Positions 13,978 through 35,531 of a DNA stretch of 64,000 nt are shown one piece after another. Under the pieces are notes generated by a model. It saw nothing but the letters and a program-made list of their open reading frames with translations, had not been told where the DNA came from and did no database searches. Positions within the stretch are counted from its first letter, which is position 1; each line of letters begins with the position of its first letter. The translations under genes were made by a program, and so were the position numbers. This DNA is from Macrostomum lignano (taxonomy: Eukaryota), in NCBI GenBank assembly GCA_002269645.1, contig NIVC01003585.1, positions 25,485 to 89,484 of the forward strand, given 5' to 3'.

Positions 13978-14851
13978 TGGGGCAGCCCAGCCAAACTGCA
14001 ACTCATTTTATGTCCAGCATCTCTGGAAGACTCGACTCAGTGAGCTCCACAGCCCCCCTGCCGTCAATCCTTTCGGGATCAGCTAACTCTCGCAATCTGT
14101 CCACTAATGCCGTGCCCTCCCAGCGGGCCCATGAGAGCGTAAAACCCGCAGTCCAAGTTGCCTTCTTATTGCTTCTGGTTCCCCTGGGCATTATTTATGG
14201 GATTTAGGGATCACAGCTGGCTTGTCATGGCTCAAAGCTAGAGAGCCTAGAAGCGAACTACTCGCATCTTGACTATGCCTGAGCAGTCGTGGTAAACAGC
14301 CCGTGTTCTGTACTACCAGCTCTGTCCAGACAGTCGGAGACAGTTAAATGCTCCCTACCAATCACATGTACATGCAGAACTCAGTAAGTCTTGCTAGCCA
14401 GGTGCACGAGTGTGCCAAAATTCATTAATTAACACAGAATTAACCTGGTCGGGGTTAGATTTCTAAGTGCCAAGCAAGCAGACTTATTTACTATATAATT
14501 TAAGCTGCCCGTTGAGAACTGTGAGGCAGTCCTATAGCTGCTGTCAGAGATGAAATTGTGTGTACTTTTATCAGTCAGTGAGAGCACTATAGTGACTGAC
14601 AGTGGTGCTGTGGCGTGATGCAGGCACTAGAGCTATCGAACTCAACTTTCACCGTCAACAGTGGGTCAGCCCCATTTCTGCCCAGCTCATTCTGTTATTA
14701 AAGATGATTTTAATTCTGCATTCCACCCGGCCCATAACTCCTTAAAAGTGGAATTCCCTCATTTCCTTAATCTTGCAACCCCTTCAGTCTCAAACCCCTA
14801 AAATCTCACTCTTAGAACCTCACAATTGAAATCTGATCGCTTCAATTTCAC

Positions 14852-15204
14852 TCCTTCCATCTCACTCCTTCCATCTCACTCCTTCCATCTCACTCCTTCC
14901 ATCTCACTCCTTCTTTTCCTCTCACTCCTTCCATCTCACTCCTTCCATCTCACTCCTTCCATCTCACTCCTTCCATCTCACTCCTTCTTTTCCTCTCACT
15001 CCTTCCATCTCACTCCTTCCATCTCACTCCTTCCATCTCACTCCTTCCATCTCACTCCTTCCATCTCACTCCTTCCATCTCACTCCTTCCATCTCACTCC
15101 TTCCATCTCACTCCTTCCATCTCACTCCTTCCATCTCACTCCTTCCATCTCACTCCTTCCATCTCACTCCTTCCATCTCACTCCCTCCATCTCACTCCCT
15201 CCAT
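14852..15204. repeat. 14-bp minisatellite (CTCACTCCTTCCAT)
   Basis: About 25 copies. Confidence 0.96.
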
Positions 15205-15723
15205 TTAGCCGTTTCCCAATCTGTAGACCTTGAACTACTATAATTTTCTCTCTACGTACAGATAGCAATCATAAGGCACCACCACGCGAGGCCCACTGTT
15301 TTAGGGTTGGCTGATCTGTGTGCCTTGTAAGCAACGGCAGAGCCGGCTCGATCCCGTGTGGTGCACAGGTTAAATTGTTCGGCAAGCAAGCGAAAAACTG
15401 CTTCGGCATTTTCTTGCCGCAGAGAAAACCAGCGAAAACTGATAGGAGCACCTCGGAAGCATCGGTCTGCCTCCCTTAACCCCCCCCCCACACACAGAGC
15501 CCTTCGCCAGTTTCTCCCTGCACACCTGGGCGCTGCAGCGTAGAAATTGCGCCGCTAATAATGAAAGGTAGAGAGGGATGAAAATTCAGTTGGTGCCGAC
15601 AGGATAGGCTTATCCCTTGTCTGAACTGGGCTGCAGTTTATTGGGATCAGAGAGTGTGCAGCCGTCATCTGCTGGGCAACGCGTGCCTTCAGATGGTTGG
15701 AAGGGTGGCAGGGGAAAAAAACT

Positions 15724-16238
<515 letters not shown>

Positions 16239-16724
16239 GGGCTCCTGTCAAAGCTTCTAATCCCCGTTATCCCCAACGCTCTTCAGCCATGGATTGTTGC
16301 ACGCTGATAGCAGCTGCAAGCGGCCTTCGGCCACTGGAATTTCGCGCAATTTCCCTATCGACGAAAGAAAGCAAGCCGTCAGTACCGGCTGTACTTGCTG
16401 CAGCTGCTGTACGGGGCCAACTTGTACTATTCAGCCGCAGCGCATTGCAAGCGTGTTGTTTTCTTACAGCAAAATGAATGGCAGGATAGAAATTTCAGTG
16501 CGATTCGTTGTAGATGCGGTTCGAACTGAGAACCACACGAGCGGCAACATCCCTCTTCTACTAGTAGCATACAAGCAATTATCTGGGCACCACTGCGCAG
16601 AAAGATGCAGACTGCAATTTGTGTCGTCAATGAAGATTTTTTCTGGTAAATGAACTTTCATTTTAGCAATATGAGCGTACAGTGTATTTAATCCTTTCAT
16701 CAATGCCGATAATTGGGAATGAGA

Positions 16725-17620
16725 GGGAAGTGGAAGAGAGGAGACAGGGAGAGAAGAGAGGAGACGGAGGAAAGAGAGGAGACAGGGAGAGAAGAGAGGA
16801 GACAGGGAGGGAAGAGAGGAGACAGGGAGAGAAGAGAGGAGACAGTGAGTGAGAAGAGGAGACAGGGAGAGAGAAGAGGAGACAGGGAGAGAAGAGAGGA
16901 GACAGGGAGAGAAGAGAGGAGACAGGGAGAGAAGAGAGGAGACCGGGAGGGAAGAGAGGAGACAGGGTGGGAAGAGAGGAGACAGTGAGTGAGAAGAGGA
17001 GACAGGGAGAGAGAAGAGGAGACAGGGAGAGAAGAGAGGAGACAGGGAGAGAAGAGAGGAGACCGGGAGGGAAGAGAGGAGACCGGGAGGGAAGAGAGGA
17101 GACAGTGAGTGAGAAGAGGAGACAGGGAGAGAAGAGAGGAGACAGGGAGGGAAGAGAGGAGACAGGGAGAGAAGAGAGGAGACAGTGAGTGAGAAGAGGA
17201 GACAGGGAGAGAAGAGAGGAGACAGGGAGGGAAGAGAGGAGACAGGGAGAGAAGAGAGGAGACCGGGAGGGAAGAGAGGAGACAGGGTGGGAAGAGAGGA
17301 GACAGTGAGTGAGAAGAGGAGACAGGGATGGAAGAGAGGAGACAGGGAGAGAAGAGAGGAGACAGGGAGGGAAGAGAGGAGACAGGGAGAGAAGAGAGGA
17401 GACAGTGAGTGAGAAGAGGAGACAGGGGGAGAGAGTAGACAGGGAGGGAAGATAGGAGACAGGGAGGGAAGAGAGGAGACAGGGAGAGAAGAGAGGAGAC
17501 AGGGAGGGAAGAGAGGAGACAGGGAGAGAAGAGAGGAGACAGTGAGTGAGAAGAGGAGACAGGGGGAGAGAGTAGACAGGGAGGGAAGATAGGAGACAGG
17601 GAGGGAAGAGAGGAGAGAGA
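16725..17620. repeat. 20-bp purine-rich minisatellite (GACAGGGAGAGAAGAGAGGA)
   Basis: About 44 copies with recurring variants. Confidence 0.96.
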
Positions 17621-18241
17621 AACTGAAGGTAATGAGAAGAGAGAAGGGTGAGGGGTAATGGAAGTGATGGAGAGAGGTAGCATAGGCAATGAATTAACCA
17701 GTAAAAATGCATTGCATCCCATTTCAGTGAAATTCTGAGCAAACACTTCAGATTTGCTGACTCATTTCTGTCGCAGCAAATTTGCATTCAAATTGGGCAG
17801 CTGACATCAATTGCCGCGCGCAGCTGTGATTATTGCAGCTGGGTTCAGGAAGGCATGCGTCATCGATCTGGGATTTGGTTGAGAGGATTTACATTGCGTA
17901 ACTTCCCGATAATCATATACATGTAAATGGTTCTGCGTTTGTTCAGTGAAGACCCAGTTAATACCGGATGTGTAGCTAATTACTCGTACTGTTGTATCGA
18001 CATCGTGCTTCATATTTACTACTTTTAGTAGTCTTTAGTTTCCAGGGAAACATAATTGGATGCTGCCGAAAATCCAATCGCATATATGCCCCCCTGTCCC
18101 CTATGTATCCCTATTGTGTCCTTGATATGTCCCCCTGTCTCCTATGTGTCTTCCTGTCCTCCTCACAGCTTCGTGCCCAGCGGCTTGCAGTGACGACGCT
18201 GCTGTGGTTGTATTGCTGTGCTGCGTTCGTAACTAATAATG

Positions 18242-18548
18242 GTCATTAGTCACAGTTCATTAGTCATTAGTCACAGTTCATTTAGTCATTAGTCACAGTT
18301 CATTAGTCATTAGTCACAGTTCATTAGTCACTAGTCACAGTTCATTTAGTCATTAGTCACAGTTCATTAGTCATTAGTCACAGTTCATTTAGTCATTAGT
18401 CACAGTTCATTTAGTCATTAGTCACAGTTCATTAGTCTTTAGTCACAGTTCATTTAGTCATTAGTCACAGTTCATTAGTCACTATTCACAGTTCATTAGT
18501 CATTAGTCACATTTCATTTAGTCATTAGTCACAGTTCATTAGCCATTA
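18242..18548 (-). repeat. 21-bp minisatellite (TTAGTCATTAGTCACAGTTCA), inverted relative to the next array
   Basis: About 14 copies. The reverse complement matches the unit at 18760-20180. Confidence 0.93.
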
Positions 18549-18759
18549 GTTCCTAAATTTACATACCATTGCGGTAGCGCCTTTGAATTCGTGTGCTCGC
18601 TTGTAGTGACTAAACTGCGAATAATGGCTAACGTCACTAATGGATAACAAACTGTGGCTAGTGACTAACAAAGTGTGACTAATGACTAACAGACTGTGAG
18701 TCTGACCAATGACTAACAAGGTGTCACTAATGATTAGCAAAGTGTCACTAATGGCTCAA

Positions 18760-20180
18760 ACTGTGGCTAATGGCTAATAAACTGTGACTAATGACTAACA
18801 AACTGCGACTAGTGACTAATAAACTGCGACTAGTGACTTACAAACTGTGACTAGTGACTAATAAACTGTGACTAATGACTAATAAACTGTGACTAGTGAC
18901 TAATAAACTGTGACTAGTGACTAATAAACTGTGGCTAGTGACTAATAAACTGTGGCTAGTGACTAATAAACTGTGGCTAGTGACTAATAAACTGTGGCTA
19001 GTGACTAATAAACTGTGCCTAGTGACTAATAAACTGTGACTAATGACTAATAAACTGTGACTAATGACTAATAAACTGTGACTAATGACTAATAAACTGC
19101 GACTAATGACTAATAAACTGTGACTAATGACTAATAAACTGCGACTAATGACTAATAAACTGTGACTAGTGACTAATAAACTGTGACTAATGACTAATAA
19201 ACTTGACTAATGACTAACGAACTGTGACTAGTGACTAATAAACTGTGACTAGTGACTAATAAACTGTGACTAGCGACTAATAAACTCTGACTAGTGACTA
19301 ATAAACTGTGACTAGTGACTAATAAACTGTGACTAGTGACTAATAAACTGTGACTAGTGACTAATAAACTGTGGCTAGTGACTAATAAACTGTGGCTAGT
19401 GACTAATAAACTGTGGCTAGTGACTAATAAACTGTGGCTAGTGACTAATAAACTGTGGCTAGTGACTAATAAACTGTGACTAATGACTAATAAACTGTGA
19501 CTAATGACTAATAAACTGTGACTAATGACTAATAAACTGCGACTAATGACTAATAAACTGTGACTAGTGACTAATAAACTGTGACTAATGACTAATAAAC
19601 TTGACTAATGACTAACGAACTGTGACTAGTGACTAATAAACTGTGACTAGTGACTAATAAACTGTGACTAGCGACTAATAAACTGCGACTAGTGACTAAT
19701 AAACTCTGACTAGCGACTATTAAACTGCGACTAGTGACTAATAAACTGTGACTAGCGACTAATAAACTGCGACTAGTGACTAATAAACTGTGACTAGTGA
19801 CTAATAAACTCTGACTAGTGACTAATAAACTGTGACTAGTGACTAATAAACTGCGACTAGTGACTAATAAACTGTGACTAGTGACTAATAAACTGTGACT
19901 AGCGACTAATAAACTGCGACTAGTGACTAATAAACTCTGACTAGCGACTATTAAACTGCGACTAGTGACTAATAAACTGTGACTAGCGACTAATAAACTG
20001 CGACTAGTGACTAATAAACTGTGACTAGTGACTAATAAACTCTGACTAGTGACTAATAAACTGTGACTAGTGACTAATAAACTGTGACTAGTGACTAATA
20101 AACTGTGACTAGTGACTAACGAACTGTGACTAGTGACTAATAAACTGTGACTAGTGACTAACGAACAGTGACTAGTGACC
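18760..20180 (+). repeat. 21-bp minisatellite (TGACTAATAAACTGTGACTAG)
   Basis: About 67 copies, with degenerate copies from about 18640. Confidence 0.96.
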
Positions 20181-20819
20181 AATGAATTATGAATGATGGA
20201 CCAAAGTGTAGGAGTGAATGTTCTATTATGTATTGCAGTTGGCAGACGCTGATATAAGCTAATTATGTTTACACCAGACTATAAATATAGGAGACAAAGT
20301 CCCCAACTTGGCTCTAAGAAGTCGTGTGTAGCCAAAATCAGTCTTCGGATTCTTGCCTAGGGTCGAATCCAGTCAAGACAAGAACTCAAAACATTATGTT
20401 AAAGACTGATAAGAGAAATAGGCAGCGTTTTACCTGCCAACAAATGAACGAGTTGTTAAACACGATAGTCAAGAGCGGTGTTGGTGTTGATTCACACCTG
20501 TCCGTATTGGATTGGTTTGTTGATTTCCCAACTGTTTGCTGCGGTGCTTGTAAAACTTTTTTCAATTTAAAGGACTGTAGTTTTATGGCTTAATTGTCAG
20601 CTTTTTATTAGTTGAGTTTAATCACCTCAGGTGCGAACTGGGACACTTCTTCTCGTAAAACTGTTCTGTGATTATAAACGATTATAAACTGATGTTGAAT
20701 AAACTGGGTTCACAAAACCGATAATAACGTGAGAGCTAAAGCAAACCATATGTTGAGTTTTTATTGTTTATTGGCTGCATTGACTGACAAAATAAATTTC
20801 TTGGCCAAGACAGAGAAAA

Positions 20820-22770
20820 AGTGCTGTGGGAATGCAGCTTGAGCATTGTGTGAATTCCATTATGAAGAAAGTGTGAATGCGGTCTGAGTATTGTGTGAAT
20901 TCCATTGTAAACAGTGTGTGAATGCAGCTTGAGTATTGCGTGAATTCCATTGTAAACAGTGTGTGAATGCAGCTTGAGCATTGTGTGAATTCCATTATGA
21001 AGAAAGTGTGAATGCGGTCTGAGTATTGTGTGAATTCCATTGTAAACAGTGTGTGAATGCAGCTTGAGTATTGCGTGAATTCCATTGTAAACAGTGTGTG
21101 AATGCAGCTTGAGTATTGTGTAAATTCCATTATGAAGAAAGTGTGAATGCGGTCTGAGTATTGTGTGAATTCCATTGTAAACAGTGTGTGAATGCAGCCT
21201 GAGTATTGTGTGAATTCCATTGTAAATAGTGTGTGAATGCAGCCTGAGTATTGCGTGAATTCCATTGTAAACAGTGTGTGAATGCAGCTTGAGCATTGTG
21301 TGAATTCCATTATGAAGAAAGTGTGAATGCGGTCTGAGTATTGTGTGAATTCCATTGTAAACAGTGTGTGAATGCAGCCTGAGTATTGCGTGAATTCCAT
21401 TGTAAACAGTGTGTGAATGCAGCTTGAGTATTGTGTAAATTCCATTATGAAGAAAGTGTGAATGCAGCCTGAGTATTGTGTGAATTCCATTGTAAACAGT
21501 GTGTGAATGCAGCCTGAGTATTGTGTGAATTCCATTGTAAATAGTGTGTGAATGCAGCCTGAGTATTGCGTGAATTCCATTGTAAACAGTGTGTGAATGC
21601 AGCTTGAGTATTGTGTAAATTCCATTATGAAGAAAGTGTGAATGCGGTCTGAGTATTGTGTGAATTCCATTGTAAACAGTGTGTGAATGCAGCCTGAGTA
21701 TTGTGTGAATTCCATTGTAAATAGTGTGTGAATGCAGCCTGAGTATTGCGTGAATTCCATTGTATACAGTGTGTGAATGCAGCCTGAGTATTGCGTGAAT
21801 TCCATTGTAAACAGTGCGTGAATGCAGCCTGAGTATTGCGTGAATTCCATTGTAAACAGTGTGTGAATGCAGCTTGAGTATTGTGTGAATTCCATTGTAA
21901 ACAGTGTGTGAATGCAGCTTGAGTATTGCGTGAATTCCATTGTAAACAGTGTGTGAATGCAGCTTGAGTATTGTGTGAATTCCATTGTAAACAGTGTGTG
22001 AATGCAGCTTGAGTATTGCGTGAATTCCATTGTAAACAGTGTGTGAATGCAGCTTGAGTATTGTGTAAATTTCATTATGAAGAAAGTGTGAATGCAGCCT
22101 GAGTATTGTGTGAATTCCATTGTAAACAGTGTGTGAATGCAGCCTGAGTATTGTGTGAATTCCATTGTAAATAGTGTGTGAATGCAGCCTGAGTATTGCG
22201 TGAATTCCATTGTAAACAGTGTGTGAATGCAGCTTGAGTATTGTGTAAATTCCATTATGAAGAAAGTGTGAATGCGGTCTGAGTATTGTGTGAATTCCAT
22301 TGTAAACAGTGTGTGAATGCAGCCTGAGTATTGTGTGAATTCCATTGTAAATAGTGTGTGAATGCAGCCTGAGTATTGCGTGAATTCCATTGTATACAGT
22401 GTGTGAATGCAGCCTGAGTATTGCGTGAATTCCATTGTAAACAGTGTATGAATGCAGCTTGAGTATTGTGTGAATTCCATTGTAAACAGTGTGTGAATGC
22501 AGCCTGAGTATTGCGTGAATTCCATTGTAAACAGTGTGTGAATGCAGCTTGAGTATTGTGTAAATTCCATTATGAAGAAAGTGTGAATGCAGCCTGAGTA
22601 TTGTGTGAATTCCATTGTAAACAGTTTGTGAATGCAGCCTGAGTATTGTGTGAATTCCATTGTAAACAGAGTGTGATGTGAATTCCATTGTAAACAGAGT
22701 GTGAATGCGGTCTGAGTATTGTGCGACTCTCATTGTGAACAGTGTGTGAATGTAGCTGGTAGTTTGAGCA
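20820..22770. repeat. 45-bp minisatellite with higher-order block duplications
   Basis: Unit GTGTGAATTCCATTGTAAACAGTGTGTGAATGCAGCCTGAGTATT, about 42 copies, with a recurring TATGAAGAAAG variant unit. Confidence 0.97.
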
Positions 22771-23406
22771 TTGCGTGAATCCCGTTGTGAACATTAGAAT
22801 CCCAAATTGTCAATCGGCGTACGGCACACTGCTTGCAGTGAAGATTTTGCAGTTGGGGTGGGTAGAGTGGGCTAAACTGCAGTGCGGTGACTCAGCAGTG
22901 GCGGGGAGGGCTTCCCAGGGCCGGGGGTTGTCCAAGCTGAACCCAAACCCTGGGAAAGGACAAAGTGGAGAGTGGGGGGATTTGCGCGGCCCGGAGCTGG
23001 GAGGTTTGCAGGGGGGGGGGCTGTTTGCGGAACCCGATCTGCTGGGGCGGGGGCCGGGTGCAGCGCGGGACGGCCTGAATGGGGGGGGTTGTGTTTTTGG
23101 AACTGAATGAACGCGCGCGTATTCTCCTGCCTTATAGCCGTAGCCTTGCTCCTCTGCCGTGCCATTCATTCATTCACCTTTCCTCACCTCATTTTCATTC
23201 GCTAATTTAGCAAGAAGCTCCAACAACCAACTACGGCGAGGAAGACAACGGAGACCAAGGCGTCAGGGACGGGCGGCTCTGTCCAATCATGTCGCGGAGG
23301 GGGCTTGGAGACTCCAGCTAGGAATTGCGCAAATAAATTTGCATGGCGACTCTTAGCGGCCTTGCCCGGATCGAGCCCGGAATGTCTTAGCAACTGGTGG
23401 CCGGTC

Positions 23407-33203
<9,797 letters not shown>

Positions 33204-33294
33204 TATTCCGAATTTTTCCAATGTGAGTTCGAGCCAAAATTGCTGAAATTCTGCTTGAGGGTCGCTTTTACGGCACCCAGCCTCCTCCTTGAAG

Positions 33295-34255
33295 CAATCA
33301 TCCTCCCTGCAGCACCCTCCTTCCTGCAGCATCGTCCTCCCTGCAGCACCCTCCTCCTTGCAGCACCCTCCTCCCTGCAGCAACCCCCACCCTGCAGCAC
33401 CCTCCTTCCTGCAGCACCCTCCTCCTTGCAGCACCCTCCTCCCTGCAGCAACCCCCACCCTGCAGCACCCTCCTTCCTGCAGCATCCTCCTCCCTGCAGC
33501 ACTCTCCTCTCTGCAGCGGGTCCACCCCAACTGCCAGCCGAAAACTGCCAGCCGACAACTGCCAGCCGACAACTGCCAGCCGGAAAACTGCCAGCCGACA
33601 ACTGCTAGCCGACAAGTTCTAGCTAATTGAATCTACTGTAGCCTACTTATTAGCTAAGTAAAAAGCACGAAACTGTTTGGCTAGCAAAAGGCTTGTGGGG
33701 TAGCCTTAAATGTCGCCCTTCCCTACCCTAATTTTTTCAGATTTCTATTAGAAGTATATATGTGAAAAATATGGAAATCTGAAAAAATTAGGGTAGGGAA
33801 GGGCGACATTTAAGGCTACCCCACAAGCCTTTTGCTAGCCAAACAGTTTCGTGCTTTTTACTTAGCTAATAAGTAGGCTACAGTAGATTCAATTAGCTAG
33901 AACTTGTCGGCTAGCAGTTGTCGGCTGGCAGTTTTCCGGCTGGCAGTTTTCTCGGCTGGCAATTGTCGACTGGCAGTTTTCCGGCTGGCAGTTTTCTCGG
34001 CTGGCAATTGTCGGCTGGCAGTTGTCGGATGGCGGTTGTCGGCTGGCAGTTGTCGGCTGGCAATTGTCGGCTGGCAGTTTTCCGGCTGGCAGTTGTCGGC
34101 TGGCAGTTTTCCGGCTGGCAGTTGGGGTGCTCCCCTCTGCAGCACCCTCCTCCCTGCAGCACCCTCCTCCCTGCAGCACCCTCCTCCTTGCAGCACCCTC
34201 CTCCCTGCAGCACCCTCCTCCCTGCAGCACCCTCCTCCCTGCAGCACCCTCCCTG
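33295..34255. repeat. 17-bp minisatellite (GCAGCACCCTCCTCCCT) split by a foldback insertion
   Basis: Copies at 33295-33517 resume at 34135-34255. Confidence 0.9.
33518..34134. mobile_element. Foldback / Mutator-like non-autonomous element, 617 bp
   Basis: Perfect 175-bp inverted arms (33571-33745 / 33774-33948) around a 28-bp AT-rich spacer. The outer arms are inverted 14-bp subrepeats (CTGCCAGCCGACAA). Termini are GGGTCCACCCCAAC and GTTGGGGTGCTCCC. Identical 9-bp flanks CTCTGCAGC at 33509-33517 and 34135-34143. Confidence 0.85.
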
Positions 34256-35140
34256 TTCGATCTAGCGTCATTTCTTCATTTAAGCAACAATTTTGGCTCC
34301 AATTCAACACAGAGCAGTGAATTCCATACTACGAGCCACATGAGTATCACCAAAAGTTTCCCATGTGCCCTCTTTTCCGCAGCAGGCATATTGTAAATAT
34401 TCAGTTGACAGTCCTTCCTCAGAGCGATCGTCTCGTGTTCATCATTGCTTGAATATAAATTTCTGATTAAATACACATTTTCAAACAAGAGCAGAGTATT
34501 ATTGAGCATTAATAATTGTCCATTAATATATCAGGAACTTGTTGGTTAACAAATATAATGTTATATTTCAATTGGTGTGCTTTGTAAATATTTTGTGTAA
34601 ATAATACAGTTTGCTCCACAAGTGACTACTCACATTCTACTAACAATAATTCAGATTTCTGCTATCTAACATCTATAACGAAGCATTTGATGAAAAGAAA
34701 AGCCAACAACAATGACAACAAAAATCATTTTTCCGTTAAAAACCGTGAAGTACTACTGTCTACTCATGGCTACTCATTAAAATGAAAAGCAATTCAGTGC
34801 GCTTTCTTGAAAAAGTACGAGCGTTGTTGGGGTTCGTTCCTCACTCTGGGGCCCGTCGTACGTCAAGAGTCTTCAGGCACTCGACGCCGGCAGTGCGTGA
34901 TGTTGAAGCAACTCAGGGCAGACGCCAGGTGCCCCAGATTAGTATTTTTACCTGATTTCAGAATAATTTACCAGAAAAAATTAACGAACTCGGAAGTCAC
35001 AAACGGAGTGCATCGGCAATAACAAAAATAACAAGAATAGTCTCGGTTGTGAAGTTTCTGAAATTTTGCATTTTGAAATTTTGAAACCCCTCAGTGACCA
35101 GGGTAACATTACTGAGCATGAGGTTCTATTGTTTCATCAC

Positions 35141-35446
35141 ATAATAATATAATAATCGATTACACCTGCCCCAATTGGGCAGATGTGCAACCGGCAGCTC
35201 AGCCGCAGCTATTGGGCAGCGCATCTGAAGGCTGCGTACGGCTGTTCAGTCCACGGACTGGGGGTCGCCACGCACACCCTCAATTGCACCAGCTAATGCT
35301 GGCACCCATTTTACAGCTGGGTGAACTGAAGCAATGCAGAGTTAAATGTCTTGCTCAAGGACACAAATTGTTCCAGTGGGATCGGTAATCGAACCTCCGA
35401 CCTTTCAGTCGTGAGTTCGACGCTCTGACCACTGGGCTGCAACTCC
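35141..35446 (-). mobile_element. tRNA-derived SINE with a conserved CORE/Meta-like central domain
   Basis: The minus strand has an A-box-like GCCCAGTGGTCAGAGC and a B box GGTTCGATTACC (35395-35384). Central GTGTCCTTGAGCAAGACATTTAAC and CAGCTGTAAAATGGGT resemble the conserved domain of CORE/MetaSINE superfamilies. It ends in an (ATT)n-like tail. Confidence 0.82.
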
Positions 35447-35531
35447 AGTGTCTCTCCAGTTTTTGCTAGGTAACATTCATCAAGGTGGCCAAAACATTCT
35501 CTGAGACAACCCCAAAGCCCAAAGCCTGCCT

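Noticed and set aside
14003-14191. 62-aa minus-strand ORF MPRGTRSNKK
   Set aside because: Short, with no recognisable motif or convincing splice context. It cannot be supported.
20736-22733. 665-aa and 630-aa ORFs with 15-aa periodicity
   Set aside because: They come from a 45-bp (3n) minisatellite with two stop-free frames. There is no unique coding flank or signal of selection.
35384-35446. tRNA gene
   Set aside because: A and B boxes are present, but there is no complete cloverleaf or T-run terminator. The sequence continues into SINE body, so it was called a SINE head.
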